Part shown: piece by piece, positions 53,135-62,230 of the stretch
Layout of the letters: every line of letters starts with the position of its first letter
How positions within the stretch are numbered: the stretch's first letter is position 1
Source: a virus
Direction: 5' to 3' (one strand)
Length of the DNA: 64,000 nucleotides
IMG/VR virus record: IMGVR_UViG_3300017917_003388
Location: 1 to 64,000 of that record
The notes under the pieces: generated by a model
Told to the model about the DNA's origin: nothing
Database searches by the model: none
Seen by the model: only the letters and a program-made list of their open reading frames with translations
Program-made: the position numbers and the translations under genes

Positions 53135-53190
53135 TCTATTTAAGTTTTTAGTTGTTGAATCGCACTGCGTAAACACGCAAAACGTTAGCT
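53014..53190 (+). repeat. attC-like site with a long coding loop
   Basis: CTACAAC-A-GCGTGTTTACGCAATGC...GCACTGCGTAAACACGC-AAAAC-GTTAGCT. Confidence 0.8.
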
Positions 53191-53394
53191 TCAATTGTCT
53201 AACCACCGCACACCTTTACCATCAAAAACATAAAATTCCTCATCTGAATTTACGTTTTTAAATTTCATCCCCCAACCAACATTTGTTAAGTCTGCACCCA
53301 TGCAAATTGCTGTTGCTTGGTAATGCGGATGGTTTTTATCAATTATCATTGCTTTTTTACCATCGAATTTTGTGTCTTGATGTTTCTGCTCCAT
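53191..53394 (-). CDS. cassette-borne hypothetical protein
   Basis: Stop abuts the core site. Confidence 0.7.
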   Translation of the reverse strand: MEQKHQDTKFDGKKAMIIDKNHPHYQATAICMGADLTNVGWGMKFKNVNSDEEFYVFDGKGVRWLDN

Positions 53395-53435
53395 TTTATG
53401 TTTTTTATTAATTTAATCCAACGCAAGGAAACTAA

Positions 53436-53518
53436 AGCTAACAGCACCTACCAGCAATAGCTGCATAAAGCTATCGCACTACCAAAGCTACTGCAATGGT
53501 AGCTGCAAAACGTTATAT
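53436..53518 (+). repeat. attC-like site
   Basis: AGCTAAC-A-GCACCTACCA...TGGTAGCTGC-AAAAC-GTTATAT. Confidence 0.75.
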
Positions 53519-53533
53519 TTAATTTAAAAATTT

Positions 53534-53647
53534 TTATGGATAGTATTGTTTATACCCCATCCATAAAAATATTATTATCGAACCTACCAACACTATTGCG
53601 AGTATTACATCTATTATTTGTCTGAAACTACCTTTGTAATCATCCAT
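53534..53647 (-). CDS. cassette-borne single-TM peptide (37 aa)
   Basis: MDDYKGSFRQIIDVILAIVLVGSIIIFLWMGYKQYYP. Confidence 0.55.
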   Translation of the reverse strand: MDDYKGSFRQIIDVILAIVLVGSIIIFLWMGYKQYYP

Positions 53648-53850
53648 GTTATTTGTATAAAAATTTTTGATATTAAATATAACAAAGAATATATGTAATA
53701 AATTTTTGTTTTCCTAATCTTTAATTCCTAAATCTTTCTTTAATTTTTCAAAAGACGATTGATCTACATGATATTTACACAAATGTGGTTTCTTAGGAGG
53801 AAGATAATTAGGATCACCCTTACGAATTTGTGGTTGTTTTTTTTTTCATT

Positions 53851-56436
53851 CTAAAATGTAAAAAATTTATTTACATTGGGATTTAATGATGGAAATTCCC
53901 AAGATAGATCATCATACAATGATTTTAATTTATTTGCTAACAACGATTCAAATATTTCCTCTATATTTATATATGTTTTAACAAATTCTTCAATTTCTGC
54001 AGGAATTTGGGCATTTGGTAAACCAATTGTTTCTAAATTATATGGGTTTTTCTTTAAATTAATAATGAATATCTTATCACCCTCAATAATAGATTCATAT
54101 TTTTTATCTAATTCTTTAAATTTAAGTAAATCATTATAACGTACTGCTGCTTTTGTATTACTTGGGGCTTTTAATTTAAATGAACTAAATATATCCCCTG
54201 TTCTAGCTGGTATCTGATATGCTGATATTTGTTTTACCCCCGTAGGTTTACCTAATTGTCTAGGATCTAGTGTTTTCAATGTTTTGTAAAAACCAATCAC
54301 ATCATTATCTATTTCGAATTTGGGTTTACCAAATAATATATTTTTAATAAAATTTTCTCCAAATTCTTTAAATAATTTATTCATATTGGACTTCATTAAT
54401 TCAAGTCCTTTCATATCTAGTTCTTCTACTGCAACACCTTCTTTGTTGGTAACATACATCGCATAACGACGTTTACCTGTTGTAAATACACCAGCACAAA
54501 TTACCTCTTGTTTTAATTGGAAATAATGAGTACCTGGTTTAATGTTGAATAAATTTTTACAAATAGTATCTAAATTAGCGTTTGATTCGTTTTGGATCTC
54601 AATAGCTAATTCTAGTATTTTATCATTTTTATCTTCAGGTTTAAGATTTAGAAATCTATGTTTAAGTAAATCCCCTAATACTATAAACATTGAATCAGTA
54701 TCTGAAAGACAAATGTGTTGTTTTTCTATTTTTAATTCAGTGTTTATTTTATTGTTTACAAAATTAATTGATTCACAAGTTAATCTTTGACCTGAGTTAG
54801 TGATAGCAGCACTACAAATTAAATATCCATCAGTGTATCTCCACCCGTTGATAGCAAAAGTCCCATAAAGTGCATTTTGGAGGATTTTAAAACTATGTTG
54901 ATATAAATCGTATAACTTATAGTTGGTCCAATCTTCGGCTTTACCTGCTATTTTCTTTAAACCACGATAATGTTCTCGTTTTTCAAACCAACCTTCTAGA
55001 ATTTTAGCAACTATGCTCTTTTCATCGGTTCTAAACATAGTTCCGGAAGCAGCAATTGTATATTCGTTTTTCTCAATTATATCAATTAAATCACCTATTT
55101 TAATAGTTGTAGATTTAAGTGTATAATTTACTTTATTTAACTTTTCAATAGTAATTATTTCATTAGGATCACGTTCTTTAAGTTTTTCTAATGAATGGTT
55201 TTGTTCATAAGTTGGATTGTGATCTACTTTAATCCTACCCACTAATGTTTCAATACCTAAATTCAATGATTTAATAATTGAAGGATATAGAGATGTAAAG
55301 TCCAAGTCAATTACATCAAAATATAGACCTGGAATTGGTTCTAATAAATATCCTCCAGCATAGCTTTCTTTAGTATTTTTTAGTATTGGATTATGAGTGG
55401 TAGGTTTATTTGGTGAAACAATACCTTCACGTTTAAGATATTTTAATATAGCACCCTCATTCATTACAGTATTGTAATAAATACTTTCATAAGGTATATT
55501 ACAAATATGTGAAATCATGATAGTTAACTCAATAAATTTAAGTTTTTCTTCTAATTTTTCAATAATTTCAACGTCTCGCAAGTTATATTCAATAAACGCA
55601 TTTAAATCATTTTTAAATAATGTGTTTAAATTACCTTCATATTCGATTTTACCTAATTCTACATATTTAATTCCAATATCTCCTAATTTATATGATGGTT
55701 CTTCCTTCATAATATATTTTTTATGAAGCAACATATAATCTAAGTGATTAACTCCACCAATTCGAATTTGAATCCCACCCGTAAATTCTGAGTAATCGAT
55801 TTTTCTAATTGGAGACATTCTTAGTAACTCATCAAGACCTACTATTTTCATAAGTCTAAAGTATAAATAAGGAATATCAAAATAAGCACTATTCCATCCA
55901 ATGATAATAGTTGGATCTAGTTCTTCAAATTTATCTAGAAATCGTTTTATTAATTCTTTTTCAGAACCACAAGGGATAATATGTTTACCATCTTGATTTG
56001 TTTCTTGTATTTCTTTACTTTTATCTACAATAAAACATATTTTTTGTTTTGTAGTTACATCTATTAAAGCAATAGAAGTAATAGGCATTGGGGCAGCCTT
56101 AATATATTCTGGTGTAAGTGCTCCCCCAATTTCGATCTCAATATCCAGATATAAAACATTATGCCAAGATGGAACAACATCATCAAATTTATAATAAAGT
56201 TCCCTCAATATAAGTAGTTCCTTATTAATATCCTTTTCTAATAAATTAGGATCTTCTTTATTGTATTTTTTAGTAGGTACAGCATATCCACCTGTTAAAA
56301 TAGGTTGAGCACCCTCTTCCCATTTATTAACACGTTTCCAATATGTTTGTTGATATTGAAATTGTAACCACCCTTTCACATCATCGCGTAAATGATATGT
56401 ATAATCACTGTAATCAAAATAGACTGATTGATACAA
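53851..56436 (-). CDS. family B DNA polymerase
   Basis: DIEIE exonuclease motif, DFTSLYPS, KILQNALYG, SDTDS, KRRY. Confidence 0.97.
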   Translation of the reverse strand: MYQSVYFDYSDYTYHLRDDVKGWLQFQYQQTYWKRVNKWEEGAQPILTGGYAVPTKKYNKEDPNLLEKDINKELLILRELYYKFDDVVPSWHNVLYLDIEIEIGGALTPEYIKAAPMPITSIALIDVTTKQKICFIVDKSKEIQETNQDGKHIIPCGSEKELIKRFLDKFEELDPTIIIGWNSAYFDIPYLYFRLMKIVGLDELLRMSPIRKIDYSEFTGGIQIRIGGVNHLDYMLLHKKYIMKEEPSYKLGDIGIKYVELGKIEYEGNLNTLFKNDLNAFIEYNLRDVEIIEKLEEKLKFIELTIMISHICNIPYESIYYNTVMNEGAILKYLKREGIVSPNKPTTHNPILKNTKESYAGGYLLEPIPGLYFDVIDLDFTSLYPSIIKSLNLGIETLVGRIKVDHNPTYEQNHSLEKLKERDPNEIITIEKLNKVNYTLKSTTIKIGDLIDIIEKNEYTIAASGTMFRTDEKSIVAKILEGWFEKREHYRGLKKIAGKAEDWTNYKLYDLYQHSFKILQNALYGTFAINGWRYTDGYLICSAAITNSGQRLTCESINFVNNKINTELKIEKQHICLSDTDSMFIVLGDLLKHRFLNLKPEDKNDKILELAIEIQNESNANLDTICKNLFNIKPGTHYFQLKQEVICAGVFTTGKRRYAMYVTNKEGVAVEELDMKGLELMKSNMNKLFKEFGENFIKNILFGKPKFEIDNDVIGFYKTLKTLDPRQLGKPTGVKQISAYQIPARTGDIFSSFKLKAPSNTKAAVRYNDLLKFKELDKKYESIIEGDKIFIINLKKNPYNLETIGLPNAQIPAEIEEFVKTYINIEEIFESLLANKLKSLYDDLSWEFPSLNPNVNKFFTF

Positions 56437-56443
56437 AATTTTT

Positions 56444-56947
56444 TTATTTTACGTTATTTAATTCTTCTTCTGTAAAAAATTGTTTTAAATCTGGTCTTTT
56501 ATATAGAATTGATTTAAGTACTTTTTTATCTCTAGTTCTATATACTATCCAATATTCACCCACTTTTTCATAATATGTAGGTTCACCAATTCTTTCCGCT
56601 TCACTTTTACAAGTAGCAATTGCTTCTTCTTCTGTTTTACAAGCTTTAGACATATTTGATGCTTGTACCTCAGCATATGCGTCCATAAATTTATTTTTCA
56701 AACCATGAAGTAAAACACCATTTCCTGTCGCAACATAAGTAATATCACAAAGTGCATCTAATACTTCTACAATATTTCCGGTTTCACATGCATGTTTATA
56801 TTCTTCTAATTCTTCAAGAATAAAATTGTATACAAACTCCCATTCTTTTCTTTCAGGAATATTTGGAGTATAGGTGTTGGGTTTCCCCATTGTTTCGTTA
56901 AATGTCTCTACCTCAGAGACAAAGGGTACATAATTTTTATTTTTCAT
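56444..56947 (-). CDS. MazG-like nucleotide pyrophosphohydrolase
   Basis: ILEELEEY, DALCDITYV, EVQASNMSK. Confidence 0.85.
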   Translation of the reverse strand: MKNKNYVPFVSEVETFNETMGKPNTYTPNIPERKEWEFVYNFILEELEEYKHACETGNIVEVLDALCDITYVATGNGVLLHGLKNKFMDAYAEVQASNMSKACKTEEEAIATCKSEAERIGEPTYYEKVGEYWIVYRTRDKKVLKSILYKRPDLKQFFTEEELNNVK

Positions 56948-57029
56948 GTTTAATTATTAATTAAAATTTTTAATTATTTGAATATATAAAATAAATTATA
57001 AAATACCAAATTTTTTTCATAAGTTAATT

Positions 57030-57038
57030 ATATTTATA
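57030..57038 (+). promoter_or_regulatory. putative late promoter ATATTTATA
   Basis: Motif precedes lysis genes on + and many minus-strand genes in reverse. Confidence 0.6.
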
Positions 57039-57070
57039 ATTAGATATAACACATTATAACATAAAAAACC

Positions 57071-57304
57071 ATGAAAAATTATTGGGCTCCTACTCCAAAA
57101 AAATGGAGAAAAATAGGAGATGCTTTATTAGCATCTTCAACTGTAGCATCCATAGGTGGAATGTGGCAATTTGAACATCTAAGAGAAATATTTACAGTTG
57201 GTCAAATAAAATGGTTAATTATAAGTCCAATTATTTTGGGTGTTATTGGTAAATTTTTAACTAACTTATTCACTGATTCTGAATCAGATGATATAAAACC
57301 ATAA
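57071..57304 (+). CDS. putative holin
   Basis: Two hydrophobic segments, directly upstream of the endolysin. Confidence 0.65.
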   Translation: MKNYWAPTPKKWRKIGDALLASSTVASIGGMWQFEHLREIFTVGQIKWLIISPIILGVIGKFLTNLFTDSESDDIKP

Positions 57305-57308
57305 TATT

Positions 57309-57926
57309 ATGAGTTTAAAACATTTTCAATCAAAAATAGGTGTTCAAGCAGATGGAGATTTTGGTCCAGGAACATTTTTAGCCGCAATGAAATATTTAAA
57401 ACTTACTCCAATTAGAGCAGCTCATTTTTTTGGTCAAACATCACATGAAACTAATGAATTTTTAATATTTACTGAAAATTTAAATTATTCTGAATCCGGT
57501 TTGAAGACTACTTTTGGTAAATATTTCCCTGGTAACTTAGCATCACAATATGCTCGTCAACCTGAAAAAATTGCTAATAGAGTATATGCTAATAGAATGG
57601 GGAATGGAAATGAAAATTCGGGGGATGGATGGAAATTTAGAGGTAGAGGTGCTATTCAATTAACAGGTAGAGAAAATTATTTAGCATTTTCTAAATATAT
57701 AAATAAACCCGAAATAATGGTTAATCCAGATTTAGTATCTAATGAGTATGCTTTTGAATCAGCATTGTTTTTCTTTGATAAAAATAAATTATGGAATATA
57801 TGTGATGGTGGAATTGACAAAAACACAATATTAAAATTAACTCAAAGGATAAATGGAGGTACCAATGGTTTATCGGATCGTGAGTCTAAAACTATAAAAT
57901 ATTATAGATATTATACTTTAGGTTAG
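57309..57926 (+). CDS. GH19 endolysin with short peptidoglycan-binding N-terminus
   Basis: ADGDFGPGT, QTSHET, ENLNYS, FRGRGAIQLTGRENY, INGGTNG. Confidence 0.93.
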   Translation: MSLKHFQSKIGVQADGDFGPGTFLAAMKYLKLTPIRAAHFFGQTSHETNEFLIFTENLNYSESGLKTTFGKYFPGNLASQYARQPEKIANRVYANRMGNGNENSGDGWKFRGRGAIQLTGRENYLAFSKYINKPEIMVNPDLVSNEYAFESALFFFDKNKLWNICDGGIDKNTILKLTQRINGGTNGLSDRESKTIKYYRYYTLG

Positions 57927-57962
57927 TTTGATAATGGTACTTTAATTGTTGTAATATAATAA

Positions 57963-58742
57963 TTATTCTTTGTATTTCCAAACATAATCAAAAGCGGTTT
58001 TTTGTCTTCCTTTTAAACAAGCTGTTATACATGAATTGTTGATTGATTTTCCAAAATATTCAAGAGCATCTTTAATAGATTTAAACTCCTGAATTATATT
58101 ATTTTGTTGATCAAGTTGAAGAATGGGTTTACTATTTTTTTCTCCTATTAATTTATGATCAATCCTTGATTTAATTAAATTTCCAAATCCTGGGGGTTTA
58201 GGTTTAGAATTAGCTTTACTTATTTTTTGCTTAGTTTCCTCAGAGATAGGTATTCCTTTATTACTATGAACTTTACTATGTTTTTTACCTTTATTTCCTT
58301 TGCTAATTTTTTCTTTCATTTCACCACTCATAAATCCATCAGGTTTAGGTTTACCTTTATTACCATGGATTCTTCCTTCAGGTATATTATATTTTTGTCC
58401 TGTTTTAGCTTGAACTATTTTTTGTTTTTGCTCTTCAGTAAATTTATTTCCTAAAGCAATAATCTCCCCTCCAATACTTTTGTTTAGTAATATACCATCA
58501 GGTTCTATTCCTTTTCTTCCATATTTAGCTATAAATTCCATCTCAAGAGAACATGCTTCTTCTTTAGTAAGATTTTCTTTAATTATATCTACTATAGGTT
58601 CACCATGTTTTTTAATATAATTCTTATAATGAGAATTCCTTCCTGAGATAAAATCCCATGCTCTTTTATTTGCCCCTATTCCAACATAGAATAACTCTTT
58701 AGTTAGTGGGTTTTTATGATGGTATAAATAATAATTTTCCAT
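57963..58742 (-). CDS. GIY-YIG-like homing endonuclease with NUMOD3/NUMOD1
   Basis: YLYHH...FYVGIG, LLNKSIGGE, SEETKQKIS. Confidence 0.85.
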   Translation of the reverse strand: MENYYLYHHKNPLTKELFYVGIGANKRAWDFISGRNSHYKNYIKKHGEPIVDIIKENLTKEEACSLEMEFIAKYGRKGIEPDGILLNKSIGGEIIALGNKFTEEQKQKIVQAKTGQKYNIPEGRIHGNKGKPKPDGFMSGEMKEKISKGNKGKKHSKVHSNKGIPISEETKQKISKANSKPKPPGFGNLIKSRIDHKLIGEKNSKPILQLDQQNNIIQEFKSIKDALEYFGKSINNSCITACLKGRQKTAFDYVWKYKE

Positions 58743-58795
58743 AAGTCTATCAATATTCCGTTGATTATAAATATATGAAAAATATATTTTTTACA

Positions 58796-59908
58796 CTAAT
58801 TTGATAATGGAAGTTTAATAGTAGGATGATATTGATAACCAATTAATTCAAAATCACTAACTTTATAATGAGATATGTCATCAATATTACTATATATTTT
58901 TAATGTAGGTAATTCAAATGGTTTTCTATTTAATTGTTCCTTAATAGGTTCTACATGATCTAAGTATAAATGTACATCTCCTAAATTTCCTATTAATTCA
59001 TCTGGGATCATATTAACTTGTTTAGCAATCATTTCTAATAATAAACCATAAGATGCTATATTAAAACCTAATCCTAACCCAGTATCTACTGAACGTTGAT
59101 TCCACATTAATGATATTGCTCTACGAGGAATATTTATATCATCTAATTGCTTATGTAATTGTTCATCTTCATCAACTTTCGTAAAAAACTTTATGTTTAA
59201 TGATACTTCATAATGATTAGAACCAGCTATAAACCCTCTTTCTTGTAAACTTAATTCTCTAGTATAGAACTGGAAAAAGTTATGACATGGTCTTAATATC
59301 ATTTCATCCAACTCACCAACATTCCAGGCAGATACAATTATACCTCTATCATCTGGATTTGTTTTAAGTTTTTCAAGAGCTTCTTTAATTTGGTCAACAG
59401 ATTTTCTACTTGGGATTTCACCCATATACGACACCAATTCACCATATTCCCAACTTCTCCATTGCTTACCATAAATTGGCCCCAATTCACCCCACGTCTT
59501 AGCAAAGTCATCATCTGTTTTGATTTTGTTGATGAATTCTTCTTGTGTATATAAAGTTGCACCAGAATGACCATTATCTAATAAAACAGGTTTTAACCAT
59601 TTAGGATTAGAATTAAATTGATTATGTGTTATATAGTTCTTATAAGCATCACCATCCCAAATATGACAATTGTTATCAACAAGGAATTTGATGTTGGTAT
59701 CACCACGTAAAAACCATAGTAGTTCTGTTACAATTTGTTTCCAACCCATCTTTTTGGTTGTAAGAAGTGGAAACCCTTCACTCATTTTATGACGGATTTG
59801 TCTACCGAATACTGATAGGGTTCCAGTACCAGTTCTGTCTTTCTTTTCTACTCCATTGTCAAGAATGTCTTGAAGGAGTGCTGTATATGTTTTATCTAGG
59901 TTGTTCAT
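58796..59908 (-). CDS. thyA: thymidylate synthase
   Basis: DRTGTGT, ELLWFLRG, LGPIYGKQWR, RPCH, QRSVD...FNIASY. Confidence 0.97.
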   Translation of the reverse strand: MNNLDKTYTALLQDILDNGVEKKDRTGTGTLSVFGRQIRHKMSEGFPLLTTKKMGWKQIVTELLWFLRGDTNIKFLVDNNCHIWDGDAYKNYITHNQFNSNPKWLKPVLLDNGHSGATLYTQEEFINKIKTDDDFAKTWGELGPIYGKQWRSWEYGELVSYMGEIPSRKSVDQIKEALEKLKTNPDDRGIIVSAWNVGELDEMILRPCHNFFQFYTRELSLQERGFIAGSNHYEVSLNIKFFTKVDEDEQLHKQLDDINIPRRAISLMWNQRSVDTGLGLGFNIASYGLLLEMIAKQVNMIPDELIGNLGDVHLYLDHVEPIKEQLNRKPFELPTLKIYSNIDDISHYKVSDFELIGYQYHPTIKLPLSN

Positions 59909-60071
59909 TTTTTAAATAATATCTTTCACATTCAGGTTGAATACATCCAATAGACCGACCAAAAAATACAAATCTTTTTATTTCGGTAGATTTACATATT
60001 GGACAAGTTCCATAAGTACCTTCCGTTATTATTCTAGTTAGTGGTGGTTTTGGTTTATCTAGGTTGTTCAT
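59892..60071 (-). CDS. small Zn-finger-like ORF beginning with the thyA N-terminus MNNLDK
   Basis: MNNLDKPKPP...CPIC...C..PEC, 59 aa. Confidence 0.6.
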   Translation of the reverse strand: MNNLDKPKPPLTRIITEGTYGTCPICKSTEIKRFVFFGRSIGCIQPECERYYLKNEQPR

Positions 60072-60256
60072 TCTTTAATTAATTTACTTCTTAAATCCTT
60101 AAGTATTATATACCAATTATTGGCTTGTTCTGTATTATATTTCATATCACGTTTTTCACCATAGGTTACTTTCATACTATAATGTTGAAAATTATTCCAA
60201 GTTGTTTTGTATTCTTGGAGGTGGTCTGTGTATGTTTTATCTAGATTGTTACTCAT
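60068..60256 (-). CDS. small ORF beginning with a thyA-like N-terminus
   Basis: MSNNLDKTYTDHLQE vs ThyA MNNLDKTYTALLQD. Confidence 0.65.
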   Translation of the reverse strand: MSNNLDKTYTDHLQEYKTTWNNFQHYSMKVTYGEKRDMKYNTEQANNWYIILKDLRSKLIKE

Positions 60257-61107
60257 AACTTTCTATTGTTTTATTCGTTGTCGTTGATAATACTTTTAAG
60301 TTTTTTAATTTCTGCAATTACCTCATCACCCAATTCAATTTTAGACATCATTACTAGGTCCACTACTTGATTTTGTAGTAATTCAATTAGTGCGTCTTTC
60401 GCTTGTTCTTTATTCATATAAAATATATCAAATATTTATTCCTTTGGTTTAATTATTATTTCTTCATCATTGTAATATACATGTGTTAGACCACGAATAT
60501 TATCATCTTTCCATCTAATAGGTCCTATTTTCATATTTAAAAACTCCTCGGAACTCATTTGTTCCTTCAATCGAATGTAGAATACAAGACAATGACCTAT
60601 ATCTTCAATTAGCGATTCGAAATTTTCTCTTGTAACAAGTCTTGCCAAATCTTCAATATTCCATATACGATGATAAATCTCTGTCGCAGAATTATCTACT
60701 AAAAGAGATTTATCTAATTCTTCTATATTATTTTCTAAAATAGTAGCAATTGCTCCAACTATTTCTTTTGGTCCAAATGAAGTTTTCCAATCACATTCTT
60801 CTGTAACGTTATCTACCCACTCCATATAGAGTTTATGTAGTTTTTCTCTATCAATTTCCATATGTATTTAAATCACATTAATTTAGCATATTTAACAATA
60901 CCTGACATTTTTTTATTTTCAACAATGAAAAACTCAACTTCAGGATTAACATCAATCCTTGAATCCAAATTATCAAAATTACGTTCTAATTCTAATAAAT
61001 ATTCCACATCTTCTGAAATTAAGGGTAATTGTTTATCTGAATTATCAATATCCTTATATTTAACAGACCATATTTTATATCTATCTCTAACTAATATTCC
61101 TATCATT

Positions 61108-61746
61108 TTATTTTAATTGGGCTCCATTTAATGTTATAGCATGGAGAAATTCTTCACGAATTAAATTACCAGGTTCCATAAATACACCACTGAATTTATT
61201 GGTGGTCATAGTTGAAGTAGGATGCTTAATACCTCGATTTGAACAACACATATGTTTTGATGAAATACTAACTGCTACTGATTTACATTCTAGTTTATCT
61301 GTTAAAAAATCATGAATTTGTTGAGTTAATGATTCTTGCATTTGGGGGCGACGGGCAAACCAATCTACTACTCTATTTAATTTAGATAAACCAACTACTT
61401 TTTCCCCAGGAACATATGCTACTGAAGCATACCCTGTGAATGGAAGATTATGATGAGCACAAAGTGATACAACAGGAATACCAGTTTGAATTACTACACC
61501 AGTATAATTTTCTTCATTAGGAAACACTGTCATTGATGGTTCTTCTGTAATTGAGCCTAGTACTAGATCTTTTAACCAGGCTTTAGCTACACGACGAGGA
61601 GTGTCAATAGTTTGAGGATCAGCAGTATAATCAAACCCCATTGAATTTAAAAAGTTTCCATAATGTAGAGCTGCTTCTTTAATCATACTCTCAATTTCCT
61701 CAGGAGTACGAGGTCTGTTCTCATTTGCTTTTTGAATATATTTCAT
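61108..61746 (-). CDS. folE: GTP cyclohydrolase I
   Basis: TPRRVAK, SLCAHH, GLSKLNR, RRPQMQE, HMC..RG. Confidence 0.95.
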   Translation of the reverse strand: MKYIQKANENRPRTPEEIESMIKEAALHYGNFLNSMGFDYTADPQTIDTPRRVAKAWLKDLVLGSITEEPSMTVFPNEENYTGVVIQTGIPVVSLCAHHNLPFTGYASVAYVPGEKVVGLSKLNRVVDWFARRPQMQESLTQQIHDFLTDKLECKSVAVSISSKHMCCSNRGIKHPTSTMTTNKFSGVFMEPGNLIREEFLHAITLNGAQLK

Positions 61747-62230
61747 TTATTATTTGTTTAATTGTGTTAAAATTGAGTTTAATCCTTTTAATTCATTTTT
61801 ATTAGAATGATCAGATATAGAAGATTGATATTTGGATATAAATCTATTAATAATTCTAAACATTAATTTACTAAAAAATGGATCCACATATGTTTCCATA
61901 AATAAATTATGATTAGACATTTTAATCATATTTCCTTTAATTATCACCGAATATTCCTTATCTTCGGTTTGCATATATACTTTTTTAATATTAGAATCCA
62001 AAGCTTCAGGATTAACTAATATTGATGATTTAGGATTAGATAATATTTTTACAACTATATTTTTTATAAGTTGTTCATTAGGATTTAATTTTCTATTACC
62101 ATTATAAGATTTTCTCATGCGGCTTTTTCTACGAAGATAAGACCACTTAAAAAACAATTTGACTTTTTTCATATAACTTATTTTGAGTTTGTTTTATAAA
62201 TATATAAAAAATAAAATGTAATCCTAGTTT

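Larger units (their letters stand above)
52826..53700. mobile_element. integron-like cassette array 2 (three cassettes, no integrase)
   Basis: Core pairs GTTGTAGG/CCTACAAC, GTTAGCTT/AAGCTAAC, GTTATATTTAAT/ATTAAATATAAC. Confidence 0.8.

Noticed and set aside
53851-56436. Intein or intron in the DNA polymerase
   Set aside because: Continuous, normal-sized PolB with no splice motifs; SDTDS keeps both catalytic Asp residues.
58796-59908. dCMP hydroxymethylase instead of ThyA
   Set aside because: Canonical ThyA motifs, including the dUMP-specifying Asn, are present.
3013-61116. Numerous short plus-strand ORFs in the track
   Set aside because: They are antisense shadows of minus-strand genes; only 57071..57926 looks like real plus-strand coding.
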